A DNA stretch of 64,000 nucleotides from an uncultured Planctomycetota bacterium. GTDB lineage: Bacteria > Planctomycetota > Planctomycetia > Isosphaerales > Isosphaeraceae. How positions within the stretch are numbered: position 1 is the first letter of the stretch; every line of letters begins with the position of its first letter. Shown piece by piece: positions 10,215 to 19,738 of the stretch. The translations under genes were made by a program, and so were the position numbers. A model generated the notes under the pieces. It had not been told where the DNA came from and ran no database searches. It saw nothing but the letters and a program-made list of their open reading frames with translations. Location of the stretch: the NCBI GenBank assembly GCA_963737655.1, contig CAVTTN010000002.1, positions 3,136,001-3,200,000 of the forward strand, written 5' to 3'.

Positions 10215-11071
10215 ATGCGGCTTGCGAAGAAGCATCGGAACGCGGGCAATGGTTGGAGCGAGTGGAGCCGGCTGGGCGGAGGCCCGGGCGATGGTTTCGA
10301 CGGCCCGGACGTGGTCCGCACCGGCCGAGGTGCCCCTCTGGTCCTCCTGCCAGGTTTGGCGGGTGGCACCCGTTTGCTGGCGCCCCTGATTACGTCCCTG
10401 GCGAGCCATTTCGAGGTCTTCGCGCTGGGGCTGCGAGGCGACCGAGGCGTCTGCCTGGGTCGCGACGGTCAGGGCGCGGCGGATCATGCTCGCGAGGTCG
10501 CCGACCGCCTCCAGACGCTCGGCCTGGAGAGGCCGACGGTCCTGGGCGTCTCGTTCGGCGGCGCCGTGGCCCTGGAGCTGGCCGTCCGGCGCCTCACGCG
10601 GTGGGCTCGCTGATCCTGAGCGGGGTCGAGGGGCGATTCCGGTCGAACCTGGGGACGGCGATCGCCGTCAGCGCGTTGCAGAGGTTCCCCCTGCCTCGCG
10701 AGAACGGGTTTTTGAATCAATTCTTCAACCTTCTGCACGGCAAGGCACCCGAGCCGGGCCCTCTGGCCGATTTCATCGTCCGGACCTGCTGGGAGACCGA
10801 TCAGGGCGTGGTGGCCAACCGGCTCCGGGGATTGGAGCGGTTTGACGTGACCGATCGGCTCTGGCGGATCGAGGCCCCGACGCGCATCCTCGCGGGAAGT
10901 CGGGACGTGGTCGTCCCGCCCGCCCGTCAGGAGGCGCTGGCCCGGTCGATCGCCGGGGCGACCGCAGCCCGGATCGAAGGGGCCGGTCACGTCGGCTTCC
11001 TGACCCATCGCGAGGAGTTCGTCCGTTCGATCCGCCGGTTCCTCCGGGCCGAGGTGCGGTCTCTCTGCTGA
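10215..11071 (+). CDS. Alpha/beta fold hydrolase, frameshift near 10591
   Basis: LVLLPGLAGG, nucleophile motif GVSFGG, GSRDVVVP, GAGH; start placed downstream of the sigma-54 promoter after GGGACGG. Confidence 0.8.
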
Positions 11072-11089
11072 GGACGAGGCGACGGCCGG

Positions 11090-12295
11090 TCATTTTGCCG
11101 GCTTTTCCTCGGCCTTCGGCGCCTCGCGGATCGCGCGGACCTGGGCCTCGACCTTCTCGGCCTGGTCCTCGCGGTCGGTCTGCCGGAGGAGCAACGCCCA
11201 ATGCTCCATCACGGCCGCGAGTTCGCCGCTCCTGGCTCCATGAGCCTTCTCGGCCAGGGTCATGGCCCGTCGGTAATACGGCTCGGCGACCTCGAAGCGA
11301 AGCTGGACGTAGGCGAGGTCTCCGAGGGTCGTCAGCGTGGGAACCAGGGCCGAAGAATCCTTGCCCCGGGCGGTCTCCTCCAGGGCGATTACCCGTTTAT
11401 AAAGGGGTTCGGCCTCCTGGTACTTGTCGGTCATATAAAGCACATTGGCCAGGCCGGAGAGGGCGTCGCAGAGTTCGACGTTCTGGGTCCCCGGGACTTT
11501 TTCCTGGATCGCCAGGGCCTTGCGGAACAGGGGTTCGGCGTCCGCGTAGCGATCCTTCTTGTAGTAGAGCGAGGCCAGACCCTGGAGGATTCGGGCGCAA
11601 TCGGGATGATCGGCGCCGAGGGCGGTTTCCTGGGCCTTGATCGCCTTCTTATACAGGGCCTCGGCCTCCTCGGTCCGATCGCGAAGGGCGGCGACGTTCG
11701 CCAGGCCGGCGAGGGTATGGGCCATCATCACGGAATTCTCGGGCTCGTTGGCCCGGCGGAGGGCGGCTTCGGCTTTCTGGTAGTGGGCCTCCGCCTGGTC
11801 GAGCCGGCCGGTCATGTAGAGCAGGTCGGCGAGGCCCACGAGCGAGGAGGCGGCCTCGCCGACGTTCTCGCCGCCCTCGGCCGATTCGAGGATCTTCAAG
11901 GCCCGCAGGTACTTCGGTTCGGCGTCCTTGTACTCGCCCCGGACGTAGGCGATGTGCGCCAGGCCGTTCAGGCAGCGGGCGGCGTCGGCCGAATCCTTCG
12001 CGCCGGCTTCCTCGAAGACGCCCAGGGCGCGGGTTTCGGTCTTCTCGGCCCCGGCCAGATCGTTCTTCATGTACTGGGCGCTGGCCAGCCCGTGGAGGCA
12101 CGTCGCCAGGATCTTGCTCCGGGGTCCCAGGCGCTCGGCCAGGGCCACGGCCTGCGCGAAATTCGCCTCGGACAGGGTGTAATTCCCCTCGGCGAACGCC
12201 TTCCAGCCCGCATCGTAGGCCGCTCGATAGGGGTCGTCCCGGAGCGGGCCGATCAGGGAAAGCACGACCGAGGCCAGGACCACACACGCATTCAT
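11090..12295 (-). CDS. Secreted tetratricopeptide-repeat protein
   Basis: Signal-like N-terminus followed by repeated AEPLYKRALAI-type ~42-aa TPR units. Confidence 0.85.
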   Translation of the reverse strand: MNACVVLASVVLSLIGPLRDDPYRAAYDAGWKAFAEGNYTLSEANFAQAVALAERLGPRSKILATCLHGLASAQYMKNDLAGAEKTETRALGVFEEAGAKDSADAARCLNGLAHIAYVRGEYKDAEPKYLRALKILESAEGGENVGEAASSLVGLADLLYMTGRLDQAEAHYQKAEAALRRANEPENSVMMAHTLAGLANVAALRDRTEEAEALYKKAIKAQETALGADHPDCARILQGLASLYYKKDRYADAEPLFRKALAIQEKVPGTQNVELCDALSGLANVLYMTDKYQEAEPLYKRVIALEETARGKDSSALVPTLTTLGDLAYVQLRFEVAEPYYRRAMTLAEKAHGARSGELAAVMEHWALLLRQTDREDQAEKVEAQVRAIREAPKAEEKPAK

Positions 12296-12640
12296 GGCAT
12301 TTCCCCCGCCGCGCCGGCCGACGATCGGCGGCGGGCCCTCTCAGTTTCCGCGACGAGCCTTGCCCTCGGCAACTCCTTTCCCTGAGTCCTGAATCCCATC
12401 GGGCCGTTCCTGTCGGAAGGAATCCCCGGGCGATTCACCACAAGGGGACCAGGATGACGGGCGAGGACGGGGAGGAAGACGCTTCTTCGCGAGACGTATA
12501 GCGTCCTTCGTGGGCCTCATGCTCCAACCCGCCCGGACCGGCACGGAATCCACGACGAATCGGCTCCTGGATGGCTCGGGCAGCCGTTTTCGGCGACGAT
12601 CGGCGGGCCATCGTGAATCTGGAATCGTGGAGACCGAGCC

Positions 12641-13276
12641 ATGAACGGGATGGGACGGGAGCCGCTCCTGTCGCTTCGCCTGGAATCTGCCCTGCGCCGG
12701 GCGGCCTCCTGGCACGCCGCCGAAGTTCGCAAAGGGTCTCAAGTCCCTTATTTCGCCCATCCGGTCGCCGTTGCGATGATCCTCGATCGCCTGGGGTTCG
12801 ACGAGGACGTGGTGATTGCCGGGCTGCTCCACGACGTGGTGGAAGACACTGACGCGACCCCCGAGGACGTCCTCCGCGAGTTCGGCCCCCGGGTCTCGCG
12901 ACTGGTGGCCGATCTTTCCGAGCGAAAAGTGGACGATCTAGGCGCGAAACGGCCGTGGATCGACCGGAAGACCGAGCATATCGACCATCTGGCCGGCGCC
13001 TCGGTCGAATCGCGGGCGATCGCCCTGGCGGACAAGCTCCACAACCTCACGAGCATCGAGTTCGACCTGGCCGAGGGGAGGCCGGTCTGGTCGCTGTTCA
13101 ACGCCAGCCGGGAGAGCGTCCTCTGGTACTATCGGACCAGCATCGAGCGTTATTCGTTCGAGACGCCGGAACTCGCCGAGCTGGCCGGGGCGTGCCGGGC
13201 GGTCCTGGATCGCGTGACGAGGGACACGGCGGCACCGGCCGGAAAAATCGTTTCGGAGGGGGTTCCGGCCCGTTGA
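12641..13276 (+). CDS. HD-domain protein, small alarmone hydrolase (Mesh1/SpoT-hydrolase-like)
   Basis: RKGSQVPYFAHP, GLLHDVVED, ADKLHNL; no synthetase domain. Confidence 0.8.
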   Translation: MNGMGREPLLSLRLESALRRAASWHAAEVRKGSQVPYFAHPVAVAMILDRLGFDEDVVIAGLLHDVVEDTDATPEDVLREFGPRVSRLVADLSERKVDDLGAKRPWIDRKTEHIDHLAGASVESRAIALADKLHNLTSIEFDLAEGRPVWSLFNASRESVLWYYRTSIERYSFETPELAELAGACRAVLDRVTRDTAAPAGKIVSEGVPAR

Positions 13277-13300
13277 TCCCCCGGACGAAATGCGTATAGT
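13273..13300 (+). promoter_or_regulatory. Candidate sigma-70 promoter TTGATC-N16-TATAGT
   Basis: Near-consensus hexamers immediately before a multi-hairpin region that starts at about 13307. Confidence 0.45.
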
Positions 13301-13306
13301 GTCTCT

Positions 13307-13510
13307 GTCGGCTGGGATTCACCCCCCAGCCGGCTCGGGTCGCGCAGAACGTAGCGCGACGGACTAAAGCCCGCTCCTGCTCGAGGCTGGACTCCCGCCG
13401 GACCGGGGAGGCCCGTTTTGCAAAGGGGGTGATCGCGTGTGTAGTGACAACCAGAGGCGGCTCGCCTAACGGCAGCCGACGGGTTGCCCGTCGGGCAGCC
13501 GCATCTTTTC
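13307..13510 (+). ncRNA. Putative structured small RNA or leader containing a micro-ORF
   Basis: Hairpins at 13307-13334, 13339-13360, 13392-13410 and 13476-13494, ending in TCTTTT; unassigned to any family. Confidence 0.4.
13437..13469 (+). CDS. Putative 10-aa micro-ORF MCSDNQRRLA
   Basis: GTG start preceded by AAAGGGGGTGATC (13422-13434) at canonical SD spacing; TAA stop. Confidence 0.4.
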   Translation: MCSDNQRRLA

Positions 13511-13593
13511 GGCTTGTGAGATCGATCCGGCCGGGCCCGATGTTCTCGGGCCCGGTCGGGTCCCCAAGACCCTCGGGGACGGACGGAGAGACC

Positions 13594-13707
13594 ATGACCC
13601 CTCGGCCGGAAACCACGATCGCGGAGGCGTCCCTCGCCGCAGGCGGGTGGTATTGGCTGTTTACGGGGTCGGATTCCTCGGGTCCTGGGGCCGGATCGAG
13701 CGTCTAA
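13594..13707 (+). CDS. Aromatic amino acid attenuator leader peptide (37 aa, contains WYWLF)
   Basis: GGAGAG RBS, ATG at 13594, codons TGG TAT TGG CTG TTT at 13648-13662, stop at 13705-13707; upstream of a terminator and aroF. Confidence 0.75.
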   Translation: MTPRPETTIAEASLAAGGWYWLFTGSDSSGPGAGSSV

Positions 13708-13736
13708 TCGCCACGCTCTCCGAAAGCGAATCACCG

Positions 13737-13772
13737 AAGCCCCGGGACCCGAGCGGTCCCGGGGCTTTTTTT
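13737..13772 (+). terminator. Intrinsic terminator of the attenuator
   Basis: 13-bp stem AAGCCCCGGGACC / GGTCCCGGGGCTT with a 5-nt loop, followed by a T run. Confidence 0.9.
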
Positions 13773-13883
13773 GTCGGTCGAGGCGAGGTCCGGGGGTCGG
13801 GCCTCGGCGGTTTCGCAGGTTCGGCGGGGGTCGCGGCGGGCCTCCTGAGGCTCGCCGACCCTCGCCCGGGAGGACGGGGCACC

Positions 13884-14896
13884 GTGATCGTCGTGATGAA
13901 GCCGGAGGCGACGGCCGACCAGATTGACGGGGTGGCCGCGCACATCACGGCCCTCGGGATGACGCCCCAGGTCATCCGAGGGACCGAAACCACCGTGATC
14001 GCCGCCATCGGCGAGGAGCGCGAGGGGCTGGCCGAGGCGTTGGAGCCGGGCGCGGGGGTCGAAAAGGTCCTGCCGATCCGCGCCCCTACAAGAGGGCGTC
14101 CTCGGAGCTCAAGGCCGAGAGGACCGTGGTCCGCGCCGGCAGCCTGGAGATCGGCGGGAAGAAGATCGGCGTGATCGCCGGCCCCTGCTCGGTCGAGAGC
14201 GAGGCCCAGATCGTCGCCCTCGCCCGGACGCTCAAGGCCAGGGGGGCCACGGGTTTGCGAGGAGGCGCGTTCAAGCCCCGGACCAGCCCCTATAGCTTCC
14301 AGGGCCACAAGGAAGACGGCCTCAAGATGCTGGCCGCCGCCCGCGAGGCCACGGGCCTGGCGATCGTCACTGAGGTCATGGCCCCGGAACACGTCCCGAT
14401 GGTCGCCCGATACGCCGACGTCCTCCAGATCGGCGCCCGCAACATGCAGAACTATCAACTCTTGCAGGCCGTCGGCGACAGCGGCAAGCCGGCCCTCCTG
14501 AAGCGGGGGATGAGCGCCACCGTTGATGAGTTCCTGCTCGCCGCGGAGTACATTCTCGATCGAAACAACCCGAACGTGATGCTTTGCGAGCGAGGCATCC
14601 GCACGTTCGAGGACCACACCCGGTTCACCCTGCCCCTGTCGGTCGTGCCCTACCTGCACGACAAGAGCCACTTGCCTGTGGTGGTCGATCCCTCGCACGG
14701 GACGGGCAAGGCGAAGCTCGTGGCGCCGATGGCGAAGGCGGCGGTGGCGTGCGGGGCGGACGGATTGATCATCGAGGTCCACGACGACCCCGCCCACGCC
14801 ATGAGCGACGGCTCCCAGACCATCACCCCGGCCGCCTTCGCCGCGCTGATGGCCGAGTGCCGACGGGTGGCCGAGGCGGTGGATCGGAGCCTCTAG
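13884..14896 (+). CDS. aroF: DAHP synthase (type I-beta with N-terminal regulatory domain), frameshift near 14080
   Basis: MIVVMKP start, [48 protein letters not shown]. Confidence 0.9.
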
Positions 14897-14964
14897 AATC
14901 CGAGAGAGATGGGGGACGGCCCCTCGTTCCCGAGGCGCCCGTCCCCCATCTTGCCCGCTTTACT

Positions 14965-16713
14965 TCACTTGATGGGCTTGCGAGGCAGCTTCTCGTCGGC
15001 CATCGCCGTGTTGTAGAGGAACCCGGCGATCACCACGGAGGCTTGCTTGAGGTCATCGGGCACGAGCCGTTCGTAAACGTCCATGTTCGAGTGGTGTGTC
15101 CGGGTGTCGTATTCCAGGGGGTCCTGGATGAACTGGAAGCCGGGCAGGCCGATGGCGTCGAACGACATGTGATCGGTGCCGCCGGTCCGGCTGCCGGTGA
15201 TGGTGGTCGCGCCGAGCTCGCGGAACGGGGTCAGCCACTTCTTGAAGATGGGGCGGACGGCCTCGTTCCCCTCGATGTAGACGCCCCGGACCTTGCCCGA
15301 GCCGTTATCCAGGTTGAAGTAGGCCGACAGCTTTTCGTACTCGGGGGTGGTCTTCAGGCTGGCCTGGGGGGCCGGGCCGCCGAACATGGTGGCGTAGAGG
15401 GCGACGGCCGAGGCGGTGGATCCTTCCTCGAAGCTGCCGAAGTGCTCCTTGACGTAAGCCCTGGAGCCGTAAAGCCCTTGCTCCTCGCCGCTCCACAAGG
15501 CGATGCGGATCGTCCGCCTCGGGTTGAGCTGGAGCTTCTGGAGGATGCGGACGGCCTCCATCGCGCAGGACACCCCGGCGGCGTTGTCCGTGGCGCCGGT
15601 GCCGCCGTGCCAGGAGTCCATGTGGCCGCCGACCATCACGATCTCGTCCTTGAGGTCGGTGCCGGGGATCTCGGCGACCGTGTTGTAGCCCATCAGGTCG
15701 TCGTCATGGAACTGGACGGCCAGGTCCACGGCCATCTTGAGGTGCTCCCCCTGGCGGATCATCCTCACGAGACGGTTGTAGTGCTCGACGGCCAAAACCA
15801 TCTGGGGCAAGGACTTCGGCGCCGATTTGTCCCACGCGGTCAGCCTCTGGCCGGGCGCCATCGAGGGGAGCCGGGTGACCCGGGCCGAGTCCACGAACAG
15901 GGTGCCGCCGTCCCCCTGGCCGCTCGGCTCGGCGAGGATCGCGGCGCCCTCATCGACGAGGAACTGGGCCCTCTTCAGCGCGAAGCTCGGGCCGTCGCCG
16001 CCGGCTCCTCCGCCGCCACCGCCGCCCCGGCCTCCGGTGCCTCCGACGGACAGCCTCCGCCGGCCCTGGGCTTCGGGGGTCTGGGCGTCGGCCAGCTCCA
16101 GCATCTCGGTATCGGTCAGGCGGGTGCCCGGGGCCTTGAAGTGGGGCGAGACGGCCCGGGGTCCCGCCTGCAAGATGATGGCGCCTTTGAGTTTACCGCG
16201 ATACTTCTCCAGGTCTTTCTCGTTCGTCGCCTCGAACAGGACGACGTCGCCGAGGATGGGCGCCTCCAGCCCCTGGGTCCACGCCCGAGGCACGGCGATG
16301 ATCGGGATGCATTGCGGCTCCACGACCTGGGCGCTGAACCTCTTGAGCGACCAGCCCCGGCCGAACGGTCCCCACGCTTCGAGATGGGCATCCTTGAGGC
16401 CCCATTCCGAGAGCTTGTCGCGCGTCCAGTTATTGGCCCGTTTCATGTTGGGCGAGGCGGTCAGGCGGGGGCCGATGGCGTTGGTCAGGTAATCCAGGGT
16501 CGTCATGACCTGGGAATTCTTCGTCCCTTCGTCCTTGATCTTCTCGATGGCGATCGTCGTGAACCGAGGAGCGGCCTCGGCGGCCTTCTTCGCGGCCTGG
16601 GTGGCCGATTCCTGAGACGGAGGGGTGGCCGGCGGGGCCTGGGGATACGCGACGGTCGCCGTCGCCAGGATCAGGGCGAGGCCCAGGGAGAGGGCCGGAA
16701 GGCGGAGGGGCAT
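14965..16713 (-). CDS. Secreted M28 family metallopeptidase (carboxypeptidase Q-like)
   Basis: Signal peptide, IGPRLTAS, GGHMDSW, TDNAAG, WSGEEQGL, GTDH, HHSNMD. Confidence 0.9.
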   Translation of the reverse strand: MPLRLPALSLGLALILATATVAYPQAPPATPPSQESATQAAKKAAEAAPRFTTIAIEKIKDEGTKNSQVMTTLDYLTNAIGPRLTASPNMKRANNWTRDKLSEWGLKDAHLEAWGPFGRGWSLKRFSAQVVEPQCIPIIAVPRAWTQGLEAPILGDVVLFEATNEKDLEKYRGKLKGAIILQAGPRAVSPHFKAPGTRLTDTEMLELADAQTPEAQGRRRLSVGGTGGRGGGGGGGAGGDGPSFALKRAQFLVDEGAAILAEPSGQGDGGTLFVDSARVTRLPSMAPGQRLTAWDKSAPKSLPQMVLAVEHYNRLVRMIRQGEHLKMAVDLAVQFHDDDLMGYNTVAEIPGTDLKDEIVMVGGHMDSWHGGTGATDNAAGVSCAMEAVRILQKLQLNPRRTIRIALWSGEEQGLYGSRAYVKEHFGSFEEGSTASAVALYATMFGGPAPQASLKTTPEYEKLSAYFNLDNGSGKVRGVYIEGNEAVRPIFKKWLTPFRELGATTITGSRTGGTDHMSFDAIGLPGFQFIQDPLEYDTRTHHSNMDVYERLVPDDLKQASVVIAGFLYNTAMADEKLPRKPIK

Positions 16714-16878
16714 CGGGACGGGCCTCCGAGAAGGAGGGATCGGGAGATGTCACGGCGGGAGAGGCGACGGACCAGCATACCCGGACCGCCCGCGGAGGCA
16801 ACGGGGCAGATCGGAGCGGAGTCGCCAAGGTGTTGGGCTCCGAATTCGGGAAACGTGATTCCGGGGTCGCGTCGTCCT

Positions 16879-16998
16879 GGGTGCCCCCGGTTCTTGAACC
16901 GGGGTCGCGCAGCGACGAGAGGCCGTGGTTTTCCGGCGCTGTCCGGACAACGGGCCTCCTGCGGCTGCGCCGCCCCGGTTCGAGAACCGGGGGCACCC
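16879..16998. repeat. REPIN-like inverted pair of palindromic units (GGGTGCCCCCGGTTC-YGAACCGGGG)
   Basis: 16879-16913 is an imperfect inverted copy of 16964-16998; each unit is itself a hairpin. Confidence 0.7.
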
Positions 16999-17077
16999 GG
17001 ATCGATGCCATCACCCGACCAGCCGAGTCGGCCGGATGGGGAGTTTCAACTCGAACCGTGTGCGAGCTGGGACCGCC

Positions 17078-19497
17078 TCACTGCCCGTCGATCCACCGCG
17101 AGAGCGCTTCCTCGCCGGGCCGACCGGCCTCGATCTTGAGCTGCGACCCGGCATCGGCCAGGTCATAGGCGTTCACGGGCCAGGCGGAGGCGAAGCCGGA
17201 GGGCGTCCCGGCGATCCACAACGGGGCCGGCGCGACCAGGGCCGCCGCCGCCTTCGGACCTCCGAATTGCAGAACTCCCGGCAGCCGCAGCCCTTCGGGA
17301 ACGGGTTGCGAGCCGTCGCCGTAGGAGAAGCCGTCCAGGTCGACGTAGGTCCTCGCCACTCCGTCCAGCATCGGCCGGGCCAGCAGGGCGAGCGTCCCAC
17401 TCTGACCCCGGGCGACCAGGTTGACCTGCCGGACGTCTGCTCGGGCCCGGCCCAGCCGATCACCGCGGCGAGGTCGCGCATCCGCTCGGCCGCCAGGACC
17501 CGGTTGTAAGTCGCGTTGTGAACTGTGTTTGGGCGACGATCGGCCGGGTGGAGCGGGTCGAAGGACTCGCCCACGAGGAACGGGTCGAAGCCGATCACCG
17601 CGATCCCTCGATCGAGCAGGGCGCGGACCACGGGCGTCGGCCTTCCGTCGGGTCCGACCAGCGCCGCCTTGCCGCGATCTTCCGCAATCACCGCGACCCG
17701 AACGGTCGGAGCGCCCTTCGAAACCAGGACGACCGGAATTTCCCCGGGCTGGCCGACCCGTCCGACCCGAAAATGAACGATCTGGAGCCCTTCCGAACTC
17801 TCGCGGCGGACCTCGGTCTCCCGGATGGTCGTCGGCAGGCGGTCTTCCAGGCCGACCCGGACCCGTGTCGCGGTCTTCAGCCGGTCGCGAAAGGCCGCCC
17901 AGAGTGCCGGATCGTTCGCCGGGGCCATCGCCTCGATCTCGGCGCCGACCTGGCCGATCAATTCGGCCTCAAGCTCTTTCGGGGTTCGAAGATCGGACGG
18001 CGCGGGGTGGGCCGCGTCGAAGGCGAGCATCTCGACGGGCTTTTCCAGGGTCTGCGGGCCTTCCTTCGTCGCCTCGGCGTCGTCGATGCCCAACAACCGC
18101 CGGCCGAAGAACGGATAGACTGCATTGCGGCTGGTTTGATTGTAATTGTGCGGGAAATCGAACAGGAACGCTTCGAGGTCCGAGGCCCGGCCGACCTTTT
18201 CGTAGACCCCCCGGATCGCCGGAAAGACCTTCGTGAGGTTGTTCGAGGTCCAGTCGCCGGTGGCACCCACGAGGATCATCGGCCGGGGGGCGGTCAGGGC
18301 GGCGATTTCGACGTTGTCCGTCCCCAGTCTCAGGCCCGACGCATTCTCGCAGACGCAGCCGCCCTGGAACCGCTCGGACACCATGACCACCGGCGCCGAG
18401 ACCGCAATCCGCGAATCAATCGCCGTCAGCAGAAAGGTTTGTGTCGAGCCGCCCGATTCGCCCGTGCAGCCGAGGCGGGCGGCATCGACGTCGGGCAACG
18501 AGGCGAGCCAGTCGAGCGCCCGAAGGCTGTTCCAGGTCTGGAGGGTCGGCAGGCTCAGGCCCCAGAGGTCGAGTCGGTCGTTCAGGAAGGCGTGTCCGAA
18601 CGGTTTCGTGTCGTTATAACCGACCATCTCGTAATCGAAGACGACCGCGCCCAGCCTGGCCAGGCCGATGCAGCGGGCCTGGACGTCGGGATGGACCCGG
18701 CCTTCCTCGTAATGGCCGTGAGGCGACAGGATGCCGGGGCGTTTCGTCGTCGGACCGGCCGGGCGGTAGAGGTTGCCGGCGATCACGAAGCCCGGGAGCG
18801 ATTCCAGGACGACCTTTTCGATCGTGTAGCCGTCCCGGGCGACCTTGCCGTAAACCCTGGGATGCAAGGGAGTTTTGGGAGGCATGGGCCAGAGGCCCAG
18901 GGTGACCAGCAGTTGTTCGCGGAGGTCTCGAGAGCGGTCCCGCCAGGCTTCGGCGGTCTCGGGAGGCCGGAACTGGGCCCCTTCGTGGTTCGTGCGGACG
19001 GAGGTGCGGCGCAGGTCGTCGGTCGGCAGGGTCGAATCGAGCCGGCCCCGGGCGATGGCCATCGCCGCCGACGGGTCGGCGTCGGTCGCCGTGCTGAGGA
19101 AGATCATCGCGGGGACCGGCGAGGAGGCGCCGCCCGTGACCTTCTGCTTGCCGGACTGATAATTGCCGGAAATCGTCGGAGGGTCAAACGTTGCGCCCCG
19201 GACCCGGACCGTCACCGGGCGATCCGCCGACAGGGGAACCCGGCCGACGACCCGCCAGGATGGCCTGGCGTCGGCCGATCCCGGCGTCTCCTTGCCGAAG
19301 AATTCCAGGGCGTTTTCCGAGTCCGACACGCCCCACGACGGATCGCCCGGCCCCCAGACCTGGATCGTGTAGTCGCCGGAGATCGGCACGCGAACGCCCG
19401 ACCGGGCGAGCCGAGGGAGGTCGCTGGCCAGGATCAGCCGAGAGGCCGGGGCGTCTCCCGGGGCGGTCAGCGCGAGTCCGAGCAAGATGGGCAGCAT
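17078..19497 (-). CDS. Secreted alpha/beta hydrolase (acetyl xylan esterase-like) with a second degenerate domain, frameshift near 17450
   Basis: YTIEKVVLESLPG, LSPHGH, nucleophile motif CTGESGG, GGCVCEN, FPHNYN; C-terminus continues in ORF 17078-17371. Confidence 0.8.
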
Positions 19498-19738
19498 GGG
19501 CGATCCAGGGTTGGGAGCCGGAGATCGGCCGGGTGGGGCGTTCCTGGCGATCGGCCCGGCTCTGGGTTCCGGGACGAGGCGGAAGGACGCTAATCCCTTG
19601 TGACGGCTTTCCTCGGATGGTAAGACTGGACGGGCGGGAACGAAAGCCTCTTCTCGCCCAGCTTCGGGACTTCCGGCCAAATCCTCTCCTGCCGACGATC
19701 CCCCCGCCCGGCCCATCCCTTCGCCCTCGGAGCACCTC

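Noticed and set aside
11090..12295. Periodic sequence suggesting a CRISPR-like or tandem array
   Set aside because: The periodicity is explained by TPR protein repeats; there are no identical DNA repeats with unique spacers and no cas genes.
13307..13510. tmRNA, T-box, 6S or c-di-GMP riboswitch identity for the structured region
   Set aside because: There are no tRNA-like GGGG...CCA ends, no T-box AGGGTGGNACC motif and no recognisable GEMM core. It was left unassigned pending an Rfam scan.
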